Shown here one piece after another: positions 9,801 through 18,833 of a stretch of 32,000 bases of DNA. The stretch comes from Promethearchaeia archaeon (lineage in GTDB: Archaea; Asgardarchaeota; Lokiarchaeia; Sigyniarchaeales; SOKP01). The translations under genes were made by a program, and so were the position numbers. The notes under the pieces were generated by a model. The model was not told where the DNA came from, made no database searches, and was given only the letters and a program-made list of their open reading frames with translations. Numbering within the stretch: the stretch's first letter is position 1; each line of letters starts with the position of its first letter. The stretch is taken from the NCBI GenBank assembly GCA_029856155.1, contig JAHQWL010000070.1, positions 55,740 through 87,739 of the forward strand. The letters run 5' to 3'.

Positions 9801-9807
9801 AAGGTGA
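9801..9807 (+). promoter_or_regulatory. Shine-Dalgarno-like site (AAGGTGA) upstream of iscU
   Basis: AAGGTGA is complementary to the usual 16S rRNA 3' end. It lies 6 nt before ATA 9814 but 24 nt before ATG 9832. Confidence 0.4.
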
Positions 9808-9831
9808 ATATACATATACTCTGAAAAAGTA

Positions 9832-10194
9832 ATGGAGCACTTTAGAAATCCTCGAAATATGGGAGAAATGAAAGATGCTGATGCAATTGGGGAGATAGGT
9901 AACCCAGTTTGCGGTGATATTAGTTTAATCTATATTAAAGTTAAAGAAGAGAATGGAGAAGAAATTATTAATGATATATCTTTTCAAACATTTGGGTGTG
10001 CTGCGGCAATTGCAACATCATCGATGTTAACAGAACTAGCTAAGGGGAAGGGCTTAGATGAGGCAATGAATATTTCTAGAGACGATGTTGCTAATTCTTT
10101 AGATGGATTACCTCCCATTAAATTGCACTGCTCTAATTTAGCAGCAGACGCATTACAAGATGCTATTAAAAAATATCGAGAAAAGAAAAAATAG
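9832..10194 (+). CDS. iscU: Fe-S cluster assembly scaffold IscU / NifU N-terminal domain protein (true start probably upstream at 9814)
   Basis: The three scaffold cysteines sit in the conserved contexts NPVCGD, FGCAAAIATSS and LHCSNLAADAL. The in-frame upstream codons encode YSEKV, which matches the conserved IscU N-terminus (see finding). Confidence 0.85.
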   Translation: MEHFRNPRNMGEMKDADAIGEIGNPVCGDISLIYIKVKEENGEEIINDISFQTFGCAAAIATSSMLTELAKGKGLDEAMNISRDDVANSLDGLPPIKLHCSNLAADALQDAIKKYREKKK

Positions 10195-10269
10195 AATTTA
10201 TGTATTTTAACTCTGTTAAAATTTCTTTTATAATAAAAAAGTAAGAGATTTTTTGTCGTTGAGATTATT

Positions 10270-11124
10270 ATGAACTTTTCTAAACCAGTAACTGATATAA
10301 TTCGAGAGCGAACATCTCGTCGGACTTATTCAGGTCAACCTCTTGAGGACACTATGAGAGAAAAGATAATTAAATTATTGAAGAATCATAATTTAAAAAG
10401 TCCATTCAGTGAATATGCGGGAAAAGCGAGATTCGAACTAATTAGTGTACCTGAATTTGATCCTAATGAAAGAAAAAAAATAGGGACTTATGGTTTAATT
10501 AAAGGAGCTCAAGATTTTATGGTGGGAGCTGTTGAAAATTCTAAGTGTGATCGTGAACATTTTGGATATCTTATGGAAACTATTATATTAGCAGCCACAG
10601 ATATGGGTTTAGGAACTTGTTGGTTAGGAGGTTTCTTTAATAAGAGTCTTTTTTCAGCAAAAATTAATAGCAGTTCAAATGAAATTGTCCCTGCTATTAC
10701 TCCTATTGGCAATTATATTAAAAGAACAATAAAGGAAAAAGCAATTCGTAAATTTGTGAAAGCAAATAAACGATTCTCATGGGATCACCTTTTTTTTAAT
10801 GGCATAATGAATATTCCACTTACTCCTGAGGATTGTGGAAAGTATTCTGAATTACTCGAAATGGTTAGATTGGGTCCTTCGGCTAGTAATAAACAACCTT
10901 GGAGGATTATTAAAGATTCAAAGAAGAATATGTTTCACTTTTATACTGTGAAAACTAATTCAGTTTATAGCAAATTTCCACCTCTAGATATCGGAATAGC
11001 AGTATGCCACTTTAATCTTACAGCACAAGAATTAGGGTTCAATGGAATCTGGATATTTGATAACCCTCAAATTTTAGGAACAGAGGACCTAATATATAAG
11101 ATTACTTGGAATACCGTACTCTAG
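10270..11124 (+). CDS. Nitroreductase-family flavoprotein
   Basis: 284-aa ORF with N-terminal IRERTSRRTYSGQPL and a later GPSASNKQPWR, both characteristic FMN-binding segments of the nitroreductase superfamily. Confidence 0.8.
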   Translation: MNFSKPVTDIIRERTSRRTYSGQPLEDTMREKIIKLLKNHNLKSPFSEYAGKARFELISVPEFDPNERKKIGTYGLIKGAQDFMVGAVENSKCDREHFGYLMETIILAATDMGLGTCWLGGFFNKSLFSAKINSSSNEIVPAITPIGNYIKRTIKEKAIRKFVKANKRFSWDHLFFNGIMNIPLTPEDCGKYSELLEMVRLGPSASNKQPWRIIKDSKKNMFHFYTVKTNSVYSKFPPLDIGIAVCHFNLTAQELGFNGIWIFDNPQILGTEDLIYKITWNTVL

Positions 11125-11286
11125 ATAAAATTAAAATGATATTGATCTATATTTACTAATTCTGTTAAATTAATTATAAATCTATGGGTAAGTCTAAATT
11201 AGTTCGAGAACCAAAATCGGGAAAAACTTTTCAAATTATAACCACAACTTATAATAACTGAGCTTAGTAATTAATCAATAGATATT

Positions 11287-11293
11287 GAGGTGA
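11287..11293 (+). promoter_or_regulatory. Shine-Dalgarno site (GAGGTGA) for copA
   Basis: Exact GAGGTGA lies 12 nt upstream of ATG 11306. Confidence 0.5.
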
Positions 11294-11305
11294 ATTTTAC
11301 TTAAA

Positions 11306-14179
11306 ATGGAATCTACTGAAAAAGTAAAAATCAAGCTTAGTGGAATGACATGCGCAAATTGTGCTTATAAAATTGAGACAAAATTAAAAAGCTTGGAAGG
11401 TGTAAATAGTTCGGTTGTCAATTTTGCAAATGAAGAGGCAACTGTTGAATATAATCCTAAAATGACTAATTATGATGATTTTAATAAAGCTATTTACGAT
11501 TTAGGTTATAAAGGTTCATTAGCTAAAATTGATGTTAAAGTTATGGACTCCTTAACTGAATCAGAATTTAATGAACTGTTAAATAGAGTAAAAAATATCG
11601 ATGGAATCTATGACGTTAGGGGGAATATCAAGGCAAATAAATTATTTATAGAATTTAACGAATTGCTATTAGATGAAAATAAAATCTTTACAAGTATTAA
11701 AAAACTAGGTTATATAATTGAGAAAACAGCAGGGGTATTGGATAAAGAGATTGAAAAACATAAAAAAGAAATGAGATATAGACTTCGAATTTTAACAATA
11801 TCATTAATCTTCACTCTGATCATTACACCAATAAGTTGGTTTGTGGAAGAATCCCTTACAAGAAATATTATATTGTTTTTTTTCGCAATTGGCAATTATA
11901 TGATTGCGGGTTCTTTCTTTTTAATCGGGGCATACAAATCATTAAGAAATAAATCCACTAACATGGATGTGTTAGTTGCATTAGGTACAACAACAGCTTT
12001 GGTTTATTCAATATTAACAACGTTTCTAATTGAGGGTAAGACATTCTATGAAGCGATGAGTATGATATTATCCTTTTTACTAATTGGAAAATATTTTGAA
12101 CATAAAACGAAAGGGCAAACGTCTGAAGCAATTAAAAAATTAATTGGTTTACAGCCAAAAACCGCAACTTTAATAAAAGATAATGTAGAACTCGAAATCC
12201 CGATTGAAGAAATTGAACTTGGGGATATTTTAATAGTAAGACCTGGTGAGAAAATACCGGTAGATGGGATTGTAATTAAAGGAAAAACGAAAGTTGATGA
12301 ATCAATGATTACTGGTGAAAGTAAATATGTGAAAAAGGAAATTGATAGTGAAGTGATCGGGGCGACAGTCAATCAGACCGGACTGATACACATAATTACT
12401 GAAAAAGTAGGTAAAGAAACTTTTTTATATCAAATAATTGACTTTGTAAAAGAAGCTCAAAGTAAAAAAGCTGCAAAACAAAAATTAGCAGATAAAGTAA
12501 GCAATTACTTTGTACCCGTCGTTGTCGTCATAGCATTAGGTGCATTTCTGTATTGGTATCTAATTGCTCAAATTGGATTAGAATTTTCTTTATTAATATT
12601 TACTTCCGTTGTTGTAATATCATGTCCTTGTGCTTTAGGTTTGGCAATTCCAACAGCGATGATGGTTGGAACGGGTAAAGGAGCAGAAAATGGAATTCTA
12701 TTAAAGGGTGGAGATTCATTAGAAGCAATAAATACAATAAATACTATTGTTTTTGATAAAACGGGAACACTAACTGTTGGGAAACCAAAAGTGTCTGTAA
12801 TGTTTGCTGAAAAAGATTTAGAAGGTCAAGGGTATGATAATAATGAATTATTATTTTTCGCAGGGAGCGCTGAAATGGGTTCTGAACATACTCTCGGACA
12901 GGCTATTATAGAAGAAGCAAATCAAAGAGGATTGAAACTTGAAACTCCAACAGAATTTGATGCAGTTCCAGGAAAAGGGATTATTACTACCATTAAAGAG
13001 AAGAATATATTGATTGGTAATGAAAAATTAATTTTAGAAAATAAAATCTCTTTTGAAGCTTATAGAAACAAATATAATGAATTTCAACAACAGGGGATAA
13101 CAACTATCTTAGTTAGTATTGATAATAAAGTAAGAGGGATTATTGGAATTTCTGATAAAATTAAAGATCAAGCACCATACGCTTTAGATAAATTGAGAGA
13201 AAAGGGTTTAGATATATATATAATTACAGGAGATAATAAACAAACCGCTTTAAGTATTGGAAACCAGCTAAAAATTGATGAAGACCATATCTTAGCAGAA
13301 GTCCTACCTAATGAAAAGGCTCTTACAATAAAAAAATTACAAGAATCAAGTGATCATAAAGTTGTAGGGATGGTAGGGGATGGTATTAACGACGCTCCTG
13401 CATTAGCACAAGCAGATGTAGGAATTGCAATAGGATCTGGTACTGATATTGCTATAGAAACAGCAGATATTGTATTAATGAGAGGAGACTTAAGAAACGT
13501 AGTATCAGCTATAAATTTGTCAAAAAAAACTTACAAAAAAATGATTACAAATCTATTTTGGGCTTTCATTTATAATTTAATTGGAATTCCTATTGCTGCT
13601 GGTGTCTTATATTATGCTACAGGTTTCTTTTTACCTCCCTACCTAGCTGCTGTTTTCATGGCATCAAGCTCAGTTTCAGTAGTAACTAATGCGTTGTTTT
13701 TGAAGCGATATGAACCTAAAACACCTCAACAAGTTGAAGAAGAAATGTTATTACTCTCTCAAGAAAAAGTTGTTGATCCAGTCTGTGGAATGGAAATTGA
13801 TCCAAGACGAGCTATTGAATATGAGTATAAAGATAAAATTTATCACTTTTGTAATCCAAATTGTGAGGTTCATTTCAAAAGGGATCCTGAGAGATTTAAA
13901 AATTATGATGCGATGGATCCAAAATTAATGCAAATGAAAAATACTAATAGAAATGAGAAAATAGAAATAAAAAATGAAAATATACAAAAAAAAGAGGATG
14001 ATAAAAAAATGGGTAAATTAAAATGTTTAGAATGTGGAATTGAACAAGATATTCCAATGCATTGTGGACAATCAATGCATAAAGAAGGTAATCAATTGGT
14101 CTGCTGGATGGGGGCATCTTGTGGAGCTCAACCAATCCCAGAACATCATGGTACACCAATGAAAATAATAGAAAAGTAA
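11306..14179 (+). CDS. copA: Copper-translocating P1B-type ATPase (CopA) with C-terminal TRASH/YHS domain and an extra Cys-rich module
   Basis: 957-aa ORF. It has an HMA domain with [12 protein letters not shown] and a second HMA-like repeat lacking CxxC. Core P-type motifs: TGES, transmembrane [11 protein letters not shown] (CPC), DKTGTLT and [11 protein letters not shown]. The C-terminal [34 protein letters not shown] is a TRASH/YHS pattern, followed by a KCLECG...MHCG...CWMGASCG module. Confidence 0.95.
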   Translation: MESTEKVKIKLSGMTCANCAYKIETKLKSLEGVNSSVVNFANEEATVEYNPKMTNYDDFNKAIYDLGYKGSLAKIDVKVMDSLTESEFNELLNRVKNIDGIYDVRGNIKANKLFIEFNELLLDENKIFTSIKKLGYIIEKTAGVLDKEIEKHKKEMRYRLRILTISLIFTLIITPISWFVEESLTRNIILFFFAIGNYMIAGSFFLIGAYKSLRNKSTNMDVLVALGTTTALVYSILTTFLIEGKTFYEAMSMILSFLLIGKYFEHKTKGQTSEAIKKLIGLQPKTATLIKDNVELEIPIEEIELGDILIVRPGEKIPVDGIVIKGKTKVDESMITGESKYVKKEIDSEVIGATVNQTGLIHIITEKVGKETFLYQIIDFVKEAQSKKAAKQKLADKVSNYFVPVVVVIALGAFLYWYLIAQIGLEFSLLIFTSVVVISCPCALGLAIPTAMMVGTGKGAENGILLKGGDSLEAINTINTIVFDKTGTLTVGKPKVSVMFAEKDLEGQGYDNNELLFFAGSAEMGSEHTLGQAIIEEANQRGLKLETPTEFDAVPGKGIITTIKEKNILIGNEKLILENKISFEAYRNKYNEFQQQGITTILVSIDNKVRGIIGISDKIKDQAPYALDKLREKGLDIYIITGDNKQTALSIGNQLKIDEDHILAEVLPNEKALTIKKLQESSDHKVVGMVGDGINDAPALAQADVGIAIGSGTDIAIETADIVLMRGDLRNVVSAINLSKKTYKKMITNLFWAFIYNLIGIPIAAGVLYYATGFFLPPYLAAVFMASSSVSVVTNALFLKRYEPKTPQQVEEEMLLLSQEKVVDPVCGMEIDPRRAIEYEYKDKIYHFCNPNCEVHFKRDPERFKNYDAMDPKLMQMKNTNRNEKIEIKNENIQKKEDDKKMGKLKCLECGIEQDIPMHCGQSMHKEGNQLVCWMGASCGAQPIPEHHGTPMKIIEK

Positions 14180-14188
14180 TTAATAAAA

Positions 14189-14195
14189 GAGGTGA
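14189..14195 (+). promoter_or_regulatory. Shine-Dalgarno site (GAGGTGA) for the small Cys-rich gene
   Basis: Exact GAGGTGA lies 8 nt upstream of ATG 14204. This argues that ATG 14204, not the GTG at 14192 used by the ORF track, is the start. Confidence 0.5.
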
Positions 14196-14203
14196 ATTAT
14201 GAT

Positions 14204-14386
14204 ATGGGAGTGTACAAATGTAGTGGATGTGGCAAAGTTATAGATACAATTCCAAAATGTTGTTCTGAAGATATGATTTATAATCAAGAAAAAAACCGAT
14301 TTGAATGTAATATGGGACCAAATTGTGGATATCTTCCTTTAGATGAGTTGAAATGTGAAGAATGTTGTAATTCAAAATCAAATTAA
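14204..14386 (+). CDS. Small Cys-rich putative metal-binding protein, paralogous to the CopA C-terminal module
   Basis: MGVYKCSGCGKVIDTIPKCCSEDMIYNQEKNRFECNMGPNCGYLPLDE aligns by eye with CopA residues 902-950, [45 protein letters not shown]. The gene starts 25 nt after the copA stop (14179). Confidence 0.6.
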   Translation: MGVYKCSGCGKVIDTIPKCCSEDMIYNQEKNRFECNMGPNCGYLPLDELKCEECCNSKSN

Positions 14387-14496
14387 GTTTTTCTTTTTCT
14401 ATTTAATTTATAAAAATAATTCAAATCTTCAAAAATCAATTACAACAAAATTTCTTTAAAAAAATTGAAGATAAATAATATCTAATTTCAATTAGG

Positions 14497-15783
14497 TTAA
14501 TTTATTATATCCTGAGCTTTTAAACGTATTTCTAAAAAGATGAAAATTATTACCCCAATAAAGCACATCAATGCACCTACAATAAAGCTCACTTGGTAAG
14601 AAAAGGCTTCGCTCTTACCTTGACTTATTAAGAAATCAATCAATGGACCAGATACAAGTGTTGAGGTTACTCCCCAAGAGAGAAAGAAAGTCGTATTATA
14701 TATGGCAAATAATTTTGCTCGCATTCTCGCGGGTATAAGTATAGAAGCTATAGCATAAGATGCCGCATATATTATCACTTCAGACGCGCCTAATAAAAAA
14801 CTACCTAAAAACATAAGTCCTAAGAGGGTTGTGGTGGCTGTTACTATTAAGGCAATAATCCCTATAGAAGCTCCTAATATTAATGCTCGAGCGTGACCTA
14901 TTTTTTTACTTAAAACCCCCGCTGTAAATCCAATTAACATTGTTGCGACTGAACGTGTATTAGCTATAAAGCTCAACATAATACTATCTACATTAAACCC
15001 CGAATCTAAAGAAAGATATTGAGAATAAGGAACCGCTATGCTATTTCTACCAAAATTAATAAAAATTAGTGCTATGATAAAAACAACAAAAATTGCTATA
15101 TTCTTTTGATTATTCCTTTCTAATTCTTGAGAATCTTCTTTAATGCTTATGTCTGAATCAATTCCTCCTTCTGGTGCAAAAAGCATTGGTATTGTTGAAA
15201 TAAACATTACAAATGAAGCAACAAAAAAGAGTGGTCCATTTCTAAATCCAAAACCCGAATCATACAAGAATCCACCAATGAAAATTCCAAAAATACGCCC
15301 TAAACCACCAAGACTAGTTAATTGCCCCATTATTTTACTCCTTTTTTCAGAAGGATATAAATCACTCACCAAAGCACTCCAACCTATATTAGACATTGAC
15401 CAAAACATCTCTATAAAACTAAGACCTATAATGATTACCCATCCAGCTATTATAAAATTGTTAAATATAGAATGAATCCCCCAAACGATTATAGTGCCTA
15501 TTCCCGCTAAAATCTCTCCACAGACTATTAAAGTTCTTCGACGTTGAATTCTATCACTAATTGGACCCCAAACAAAATTCTGAAATATGACACTCATAAA
15601 CATGGGAATACTTGCATAGAGTGTTGTAATTGTTACGGATAAATTTAAAAAATCTCTCATATAAATCGATAAATAGGTATAGAAAAGACCTCTTCTAAAC
15701 ATCGCTAGCATTTGAAAAGAGGACAATCCAGAAAATACTCGGATAGAAGATTTAGAATGGTCCTTCTTCTGTACTTTTCTCAT
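14497..15783 (-). CDS. Major facilitator superfamily transporter
   Basis: 428-aa ORF with about 12 hydrophobic segments and the MFS loop 2-3 signature WGPISDRIQRRRTLIV. Confidence 0.8.
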   Translation of the reverse strand: MRKVQKKDHSKSSIRVFSGLSSFQMLAMFRRGLFYTYLSIYMRDFLNLSVTITTLYASIPMFMSVIFQNFVWGPISDRIQRRRTLIVCGEILAGIGTIIVWGIHSIFNNFIIAGWVIIIGLSFIEMFWSMSNIGWSALVSDLYPSEKRSKIMGQLTSLGGLGRIFGIFIGGFLYDSGFGFRNGPLFFVASFVMFISTIPMLFAPEGGIDSDISIKEDSQELERNNQKNIAIFVVFIIALIFINFGRNSIAVPYSQYLSLDSGFNVDSIMLSFIANTRSVATMLIGFTAGVLSKKIGHARALILGASIGIIALIVTATTTLLGLMFLGSFLLGASEVIIYAASYAIASILIPARMRAKLFAIYNTTFFLSWGVTSTLVSGPLIDFLISQGKSEAFSYQVSFIVGALMCFIGVIIFIFLEIRLKAQDIIN

Positions 15784-15917
15784 AAAAGCAAAAATAGTGA
15801 ATTTTAGATTATTGAAAGAAACGTATATTGTAAAGTTTTCTAATTATTAAATCTTAAATTAGATTGTGGTAATAATTTACATGATATACATAAAATTTAA
15901 AGCAATAATCCATAGAT

Positions 15918-18398
15918 TTAAGCATGTTTCGATTTATTTGAACTACCTATCTTCTCGATTCCCTTAATCCAACTATCCAACTGCTTTAATAATTTCTGTG
16001 TATTTGGTACGCGGCTTATCTGCTCAGAATATAGAGGATAATATAGATATAGACCATTGAGTAATTCAAGTAAAGATTTCTGGCTTTCTGTTTGACCTGA
16101 TATGTCTTTTTTCAACTGAAAAAGAGATCTTTTTTCCTTCTTAGATTTTAAGGCTTTTAAAAAGTTTTTAGTAACAATTATTCTAAAAGCGGAATATTCT
16201 TCAGGTCTAAAGTTAAATAGAGAAAAATTCATGCTATAGTCTGCAAATGGTAAAAATAGTATTCTTTTATCCTCTGGCTCATCTGGGTTATCAATTAAAG
16301 TAAATTCAATATCTCTTTTATCAAGTTCATCTAAAATTGGATATAATTCTCCTGGGTTGATTTTTGTAGCTTGCTCAATTTGATTTGAAATTTCAGAAAT
16401 AGGAAAATTAAATTCGGGAGTTTTTTCAGGATTTTCAATTCGATAAATATATTCTTTTCTTATTATTTGCATAATTTGGCTTTCTAAATCTTCAGCAAGA
16501 TTCTCTGCTGTAAAAGAAAATTGAGTTTCCTTTCTTTTTTGTTTGAAGAATTCACTATCTCTTTGTTTCTTGCTATAATCAGCTGAAAGTGATGAGATAA
16601 AACTATCTGTTGGCTGATCACCTTCTACTGTACCTAATCTACTAGTTTTAGTTTTCTTTTCTATAGCTGTTTCGTATAACCTTTCACTCAAATATCTCCT
16701 AGCTTTCTGATGAGCAACTTCCTTTTTCTCAAAACGCTCAGTTACGGAAACAAAATCAAGCATTTTCACAGGTTTTCCTAAATCTTGCTTTTCCTCCCTT
16801 ATTAGAATGTCCATGTCTTTCTTTACCAATGTATTTAGAAGTGCATAAACATTACTTTTTGATAATTGAGTTGCTTTAATTAATTCTCGTTCAATTATTT
16901 CAATCGGATAAGCCTCGCCTCTTCGAATGTATTCACTTCTAATAATTTTATAGACCTTGTCTAGGCTTCTCTCCTCTTCACTAACAGTTTCTTTTTGTAA
17001 TCTCATAAACATTGAAGTCTCGTGAGGTTTTATATAGTAAACTAATAGTGTGGTACCTAAGAAAAAAATCATAATTACTGAGATAATGTATTTATCCCAC
17101 ATTAAAATTACACCCACATCAGATATTATTTGATTTTGTATTTGATTTGCAAGAGAGAAACGTGTCAATGTTTGAGCGAAAACACAAGCTAAACAAAATA
17201 AAATTAAGCCATCTTTTTTGAAGATAAGTATACGCCAACCAAGAGTTTTCCCTAGTTTCTTTACAATTCGATATAAAAAATACATTGATATGATAAATTC
17301 GAATAGAAAGATATATGAAACAGCAGACCCTGTTGCCCCAATTGTTGCTTTAAAAGCAGTGATTGTCTCATCTTGAAGCAACATATACATACTGATTTGT
17401 AAAATTTGAAAGAAAAAGATAAAAAAAACAATCAAAGCAAAAGTTAAATTATCAAAAGTACCCGCTCTTTTAGTTTCAGCTCGTCGTCTAGTAGATACAT
17501 ATTCAAAAATGATAAAAACTAATGTCATTACTAAACTAAAGTAAATCAAGGGCATAATTCTTGTCATTTCTAAATTATAAACTGCCACAGCACTGCTTGG
17601 ATCACTACGTCCGAAAAATTCCAGAGATAAGATTACTAAAAAACTCCTGTAAAATAATGAGATTACTACAAGCATAGCCAATATTATAAAAGGAATGATA
17701 ATGGCTAAGAAATATCTTGGAATTGAATATTTCTTAATGAATCTGGCTTCTATTTTAGTTGAGAATTTTCTTGAATAAATATAAAACCGACTACTCAATA
17801 AGACTAACCAAATCATCGCTAGGCTTAATAAATAGCTCATAAAGTTGAGACTTGTCCCAACATATAGAAAAAGTATAAATAAAGATAAAATAAGACCACA
17901 ATAAAATATTAATTGCTTAATTGCACTGTTTTTTTCAAAAATAAAGAGCCTAAACTTATCTATACTAAGGAGAATGGATAAAATTAGAAAAAACGCCACA
18001 ATTGTATTTGAAAATGCAAATGGATTACCAAATGTTAAGATATTAATCCAAGACCCTGGAAAATTAATTGCTGTAATTAAAACTAAAGAATAAAAAATGA
18101 ATATTGCATATAATCCAAAAAATTTCTTTTCAAAAGAATATGATTTTGGCTCTTGACCATTAATATACACTTCTTGATGGATAATTTTATCATAAAAACT
18201 AGATTTCATTTTAGATTTTAAAGCACCTAAATTTGCCCTTTTTCGTGAAGAAAAGTCTTTAACCTTCTTTTTTGCCCCTATTTTCCCCCGTTTTGAGGTT
18301 TTTGGTAATTTTAATACTTTAAATTTCTCTTGTTTTTTCTTGGTTTCTTCTTCAGAATCATTTGACTTTTTTGAAGAATTAGATTGCTTTCCAGACAT
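15918..18398 (-). CDS. Large polytopic membrane protein with Lys-rich N-terminus and two C-terminal winged-helix-like modules (function unknown)
   Basis: 826-aa ORF. The basic N-terminal roughly 70 aa are followed by at least 10 hydrophobic helices up to about aa 460. A soluble tail then carries two similar segments, KIIRSEYIRRGEAYPIEIIERELIKATQLSKSNVYALLNTLVKKDMDILIRE and QIIRKEYIYRIENPEK...ISEISNQIEQATKINPGELYPILDELDKRDIEFTLID. Confidence 0.6.
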   Translation of the reverse strand: MSGKQSNSSKKSNDSEEETKKKQEKFKVLKLPKTSKRGKIGAKKKVKDFSSRKRANLGALKSKMKSSFYDKIIHQEVYINGQEPKSYSFEKKFFGLYAIFIFYSLVLITAINFPGSWINILTFGNPFAFSNTIVAFFLILSILLSIDKFRLFIFEKNSAIKQLIFYCGLILSLFILFLYVGTSLNFMSYLLSLAMIWLVLLSSRFYIYSRKFSTKIEARFIKKYSIPRYFLAIIIPFIILAMLVVISLFYRSFLVILSLEFFGRSDPSSAVAVYNLEMTRIMPLIYFSLVMTLVFIIFEYVSTRRRAETKRAGTFDNLTFALIVFFIFFFQILQISMYMLLQDETITAFKATIGATGSAVSYIFLFEFIISMYFLYRIVKKLGKTLGWRILIFKKDGLILFCLACVFAQTLTRFSLANQIQNQIISDVGVILMWDKYIISVIMIFFLGTTLLVYYIKPHETSMFMRLQKETVSEEERSLDKVYKIIRSEYIRRGEAYPIEIIERELIKATQLSKSNVYALLNTLVKKDMDILIREEKQDLGKPVKMLDFVSVTERFEKKEVAHQKARRYLSERLYETAIEKKTKTSRLGTVEGDQPTDSFISSLSADYSKKQRDSEFFKQKRKETQFSFTAENLAEDLESQIMQIIRKEYIYRIENPEKTPEFNFPISEISNQIEQATKINPGELYPILDELDKRDIEFTLIDNPDEPEDKRILFLPFADYSMNFSLFNFRPEEYSAFRIIVTKNFLKALKSKKEKRSLFQLKKDISGQTESQKSLLELLNGLYLYYPLYSEQISRVPNTQKLLKQLDSWIKGIEKIGSSNKSKHA

Positions 18399-18534
18399 TA
18401 TATAAATAAATCTTTTTTATTCATATAAACCTAATTGTAATATAAAATTGAAAACTAATGGTACTATATTTAGTAAAGTATAAGTTCTATATACAAATTT
18501 TAAAAATATTCCAATATAAATTTAAATATAGTTA

Positions 18535-18831
18535 ATGCATTTTAGTATTGTGAAAATGGAAAGAAAAGTTGAAAACAGAGAAAGCCTTTTAAAGTTAATC
18601 AAAAAAGCTATTGAATTGCTTGCCGAGAAAAATGTATCTCAAACAGTGATTTTATCTTCTTATAAGATTAACTCCGTTTTAAAAGAAAATTACGGCATAA
18701 ATATAAAAGTTGATAAAATTGGTAGAATTCTGAGTAAAATAGCTAAGTTAAATGAATTAAAAAGGCTTAATACTAACATCCCGAAATATAAATTACAAAT
18801 CTCTAAGGTTTCGAGTTTAGAATTCTTTTAA
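18535..18831 (+). CDS. Hypothetical small protein (98 aa), possibly helix-turn-helix-like
   Basis: Intact ORF convergent with the JAMM genes, with its stop 2 nt from the end of the neighbouring gene. The alpha-helical, K-rich pattern (LLKLIKKAIELLAEKNVSQTVIL...KIGRILSKIAKL) is only weakly suggestive of a wHTH. Confidence 0.4.
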   Translation: MHFSIVKMERKVENRESLLKLIKKAIELLAEKNVSQTVILSSYKINSVLKENYGINIKVDKIGRILSKIAKLNELKRLNTNIPKYKLQISKVSSLEFF

Positions 18832-18833
18832 GT

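Noticed and set aside
10509-10712. 67-aa minus-strand ORF
   Set aside because: It is antisense inside the nitroreductase gene.
11184-11261. 25-codon ORF (MGKSKLVREPKSGKTFQIITTTYNN) upstream of copA as a possible leader peptide or regulator
   Set aside because: It has no ribosome-binding site, no metal-binding residues and nothing recognisable. An ORF this short is expected by chance.
11710-14159. Four short ORFs overlapping copA (11710-11895 minus, 12046-12372 minus, 13710-13928 plus, 13944-14159 minus)
   Set aside because: All lie within the 957-aa CopA frame, which has complete P-type ATPase motifs. None has recognisable features.
15143-15475. 110-aa plus-strand ORF
   Set aside because: It is antisense inside the MFS transporter gene.
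18820-18831. Shared C-terminal Phe-Phe (…SLEFF here, …KEDFF in the micro-ORF at 3954-4055) as a possible common degron or ligase-acceptor tag
   Set aside because: There are only two instances, one in a doubtful ORF. Nothing rules out chance.
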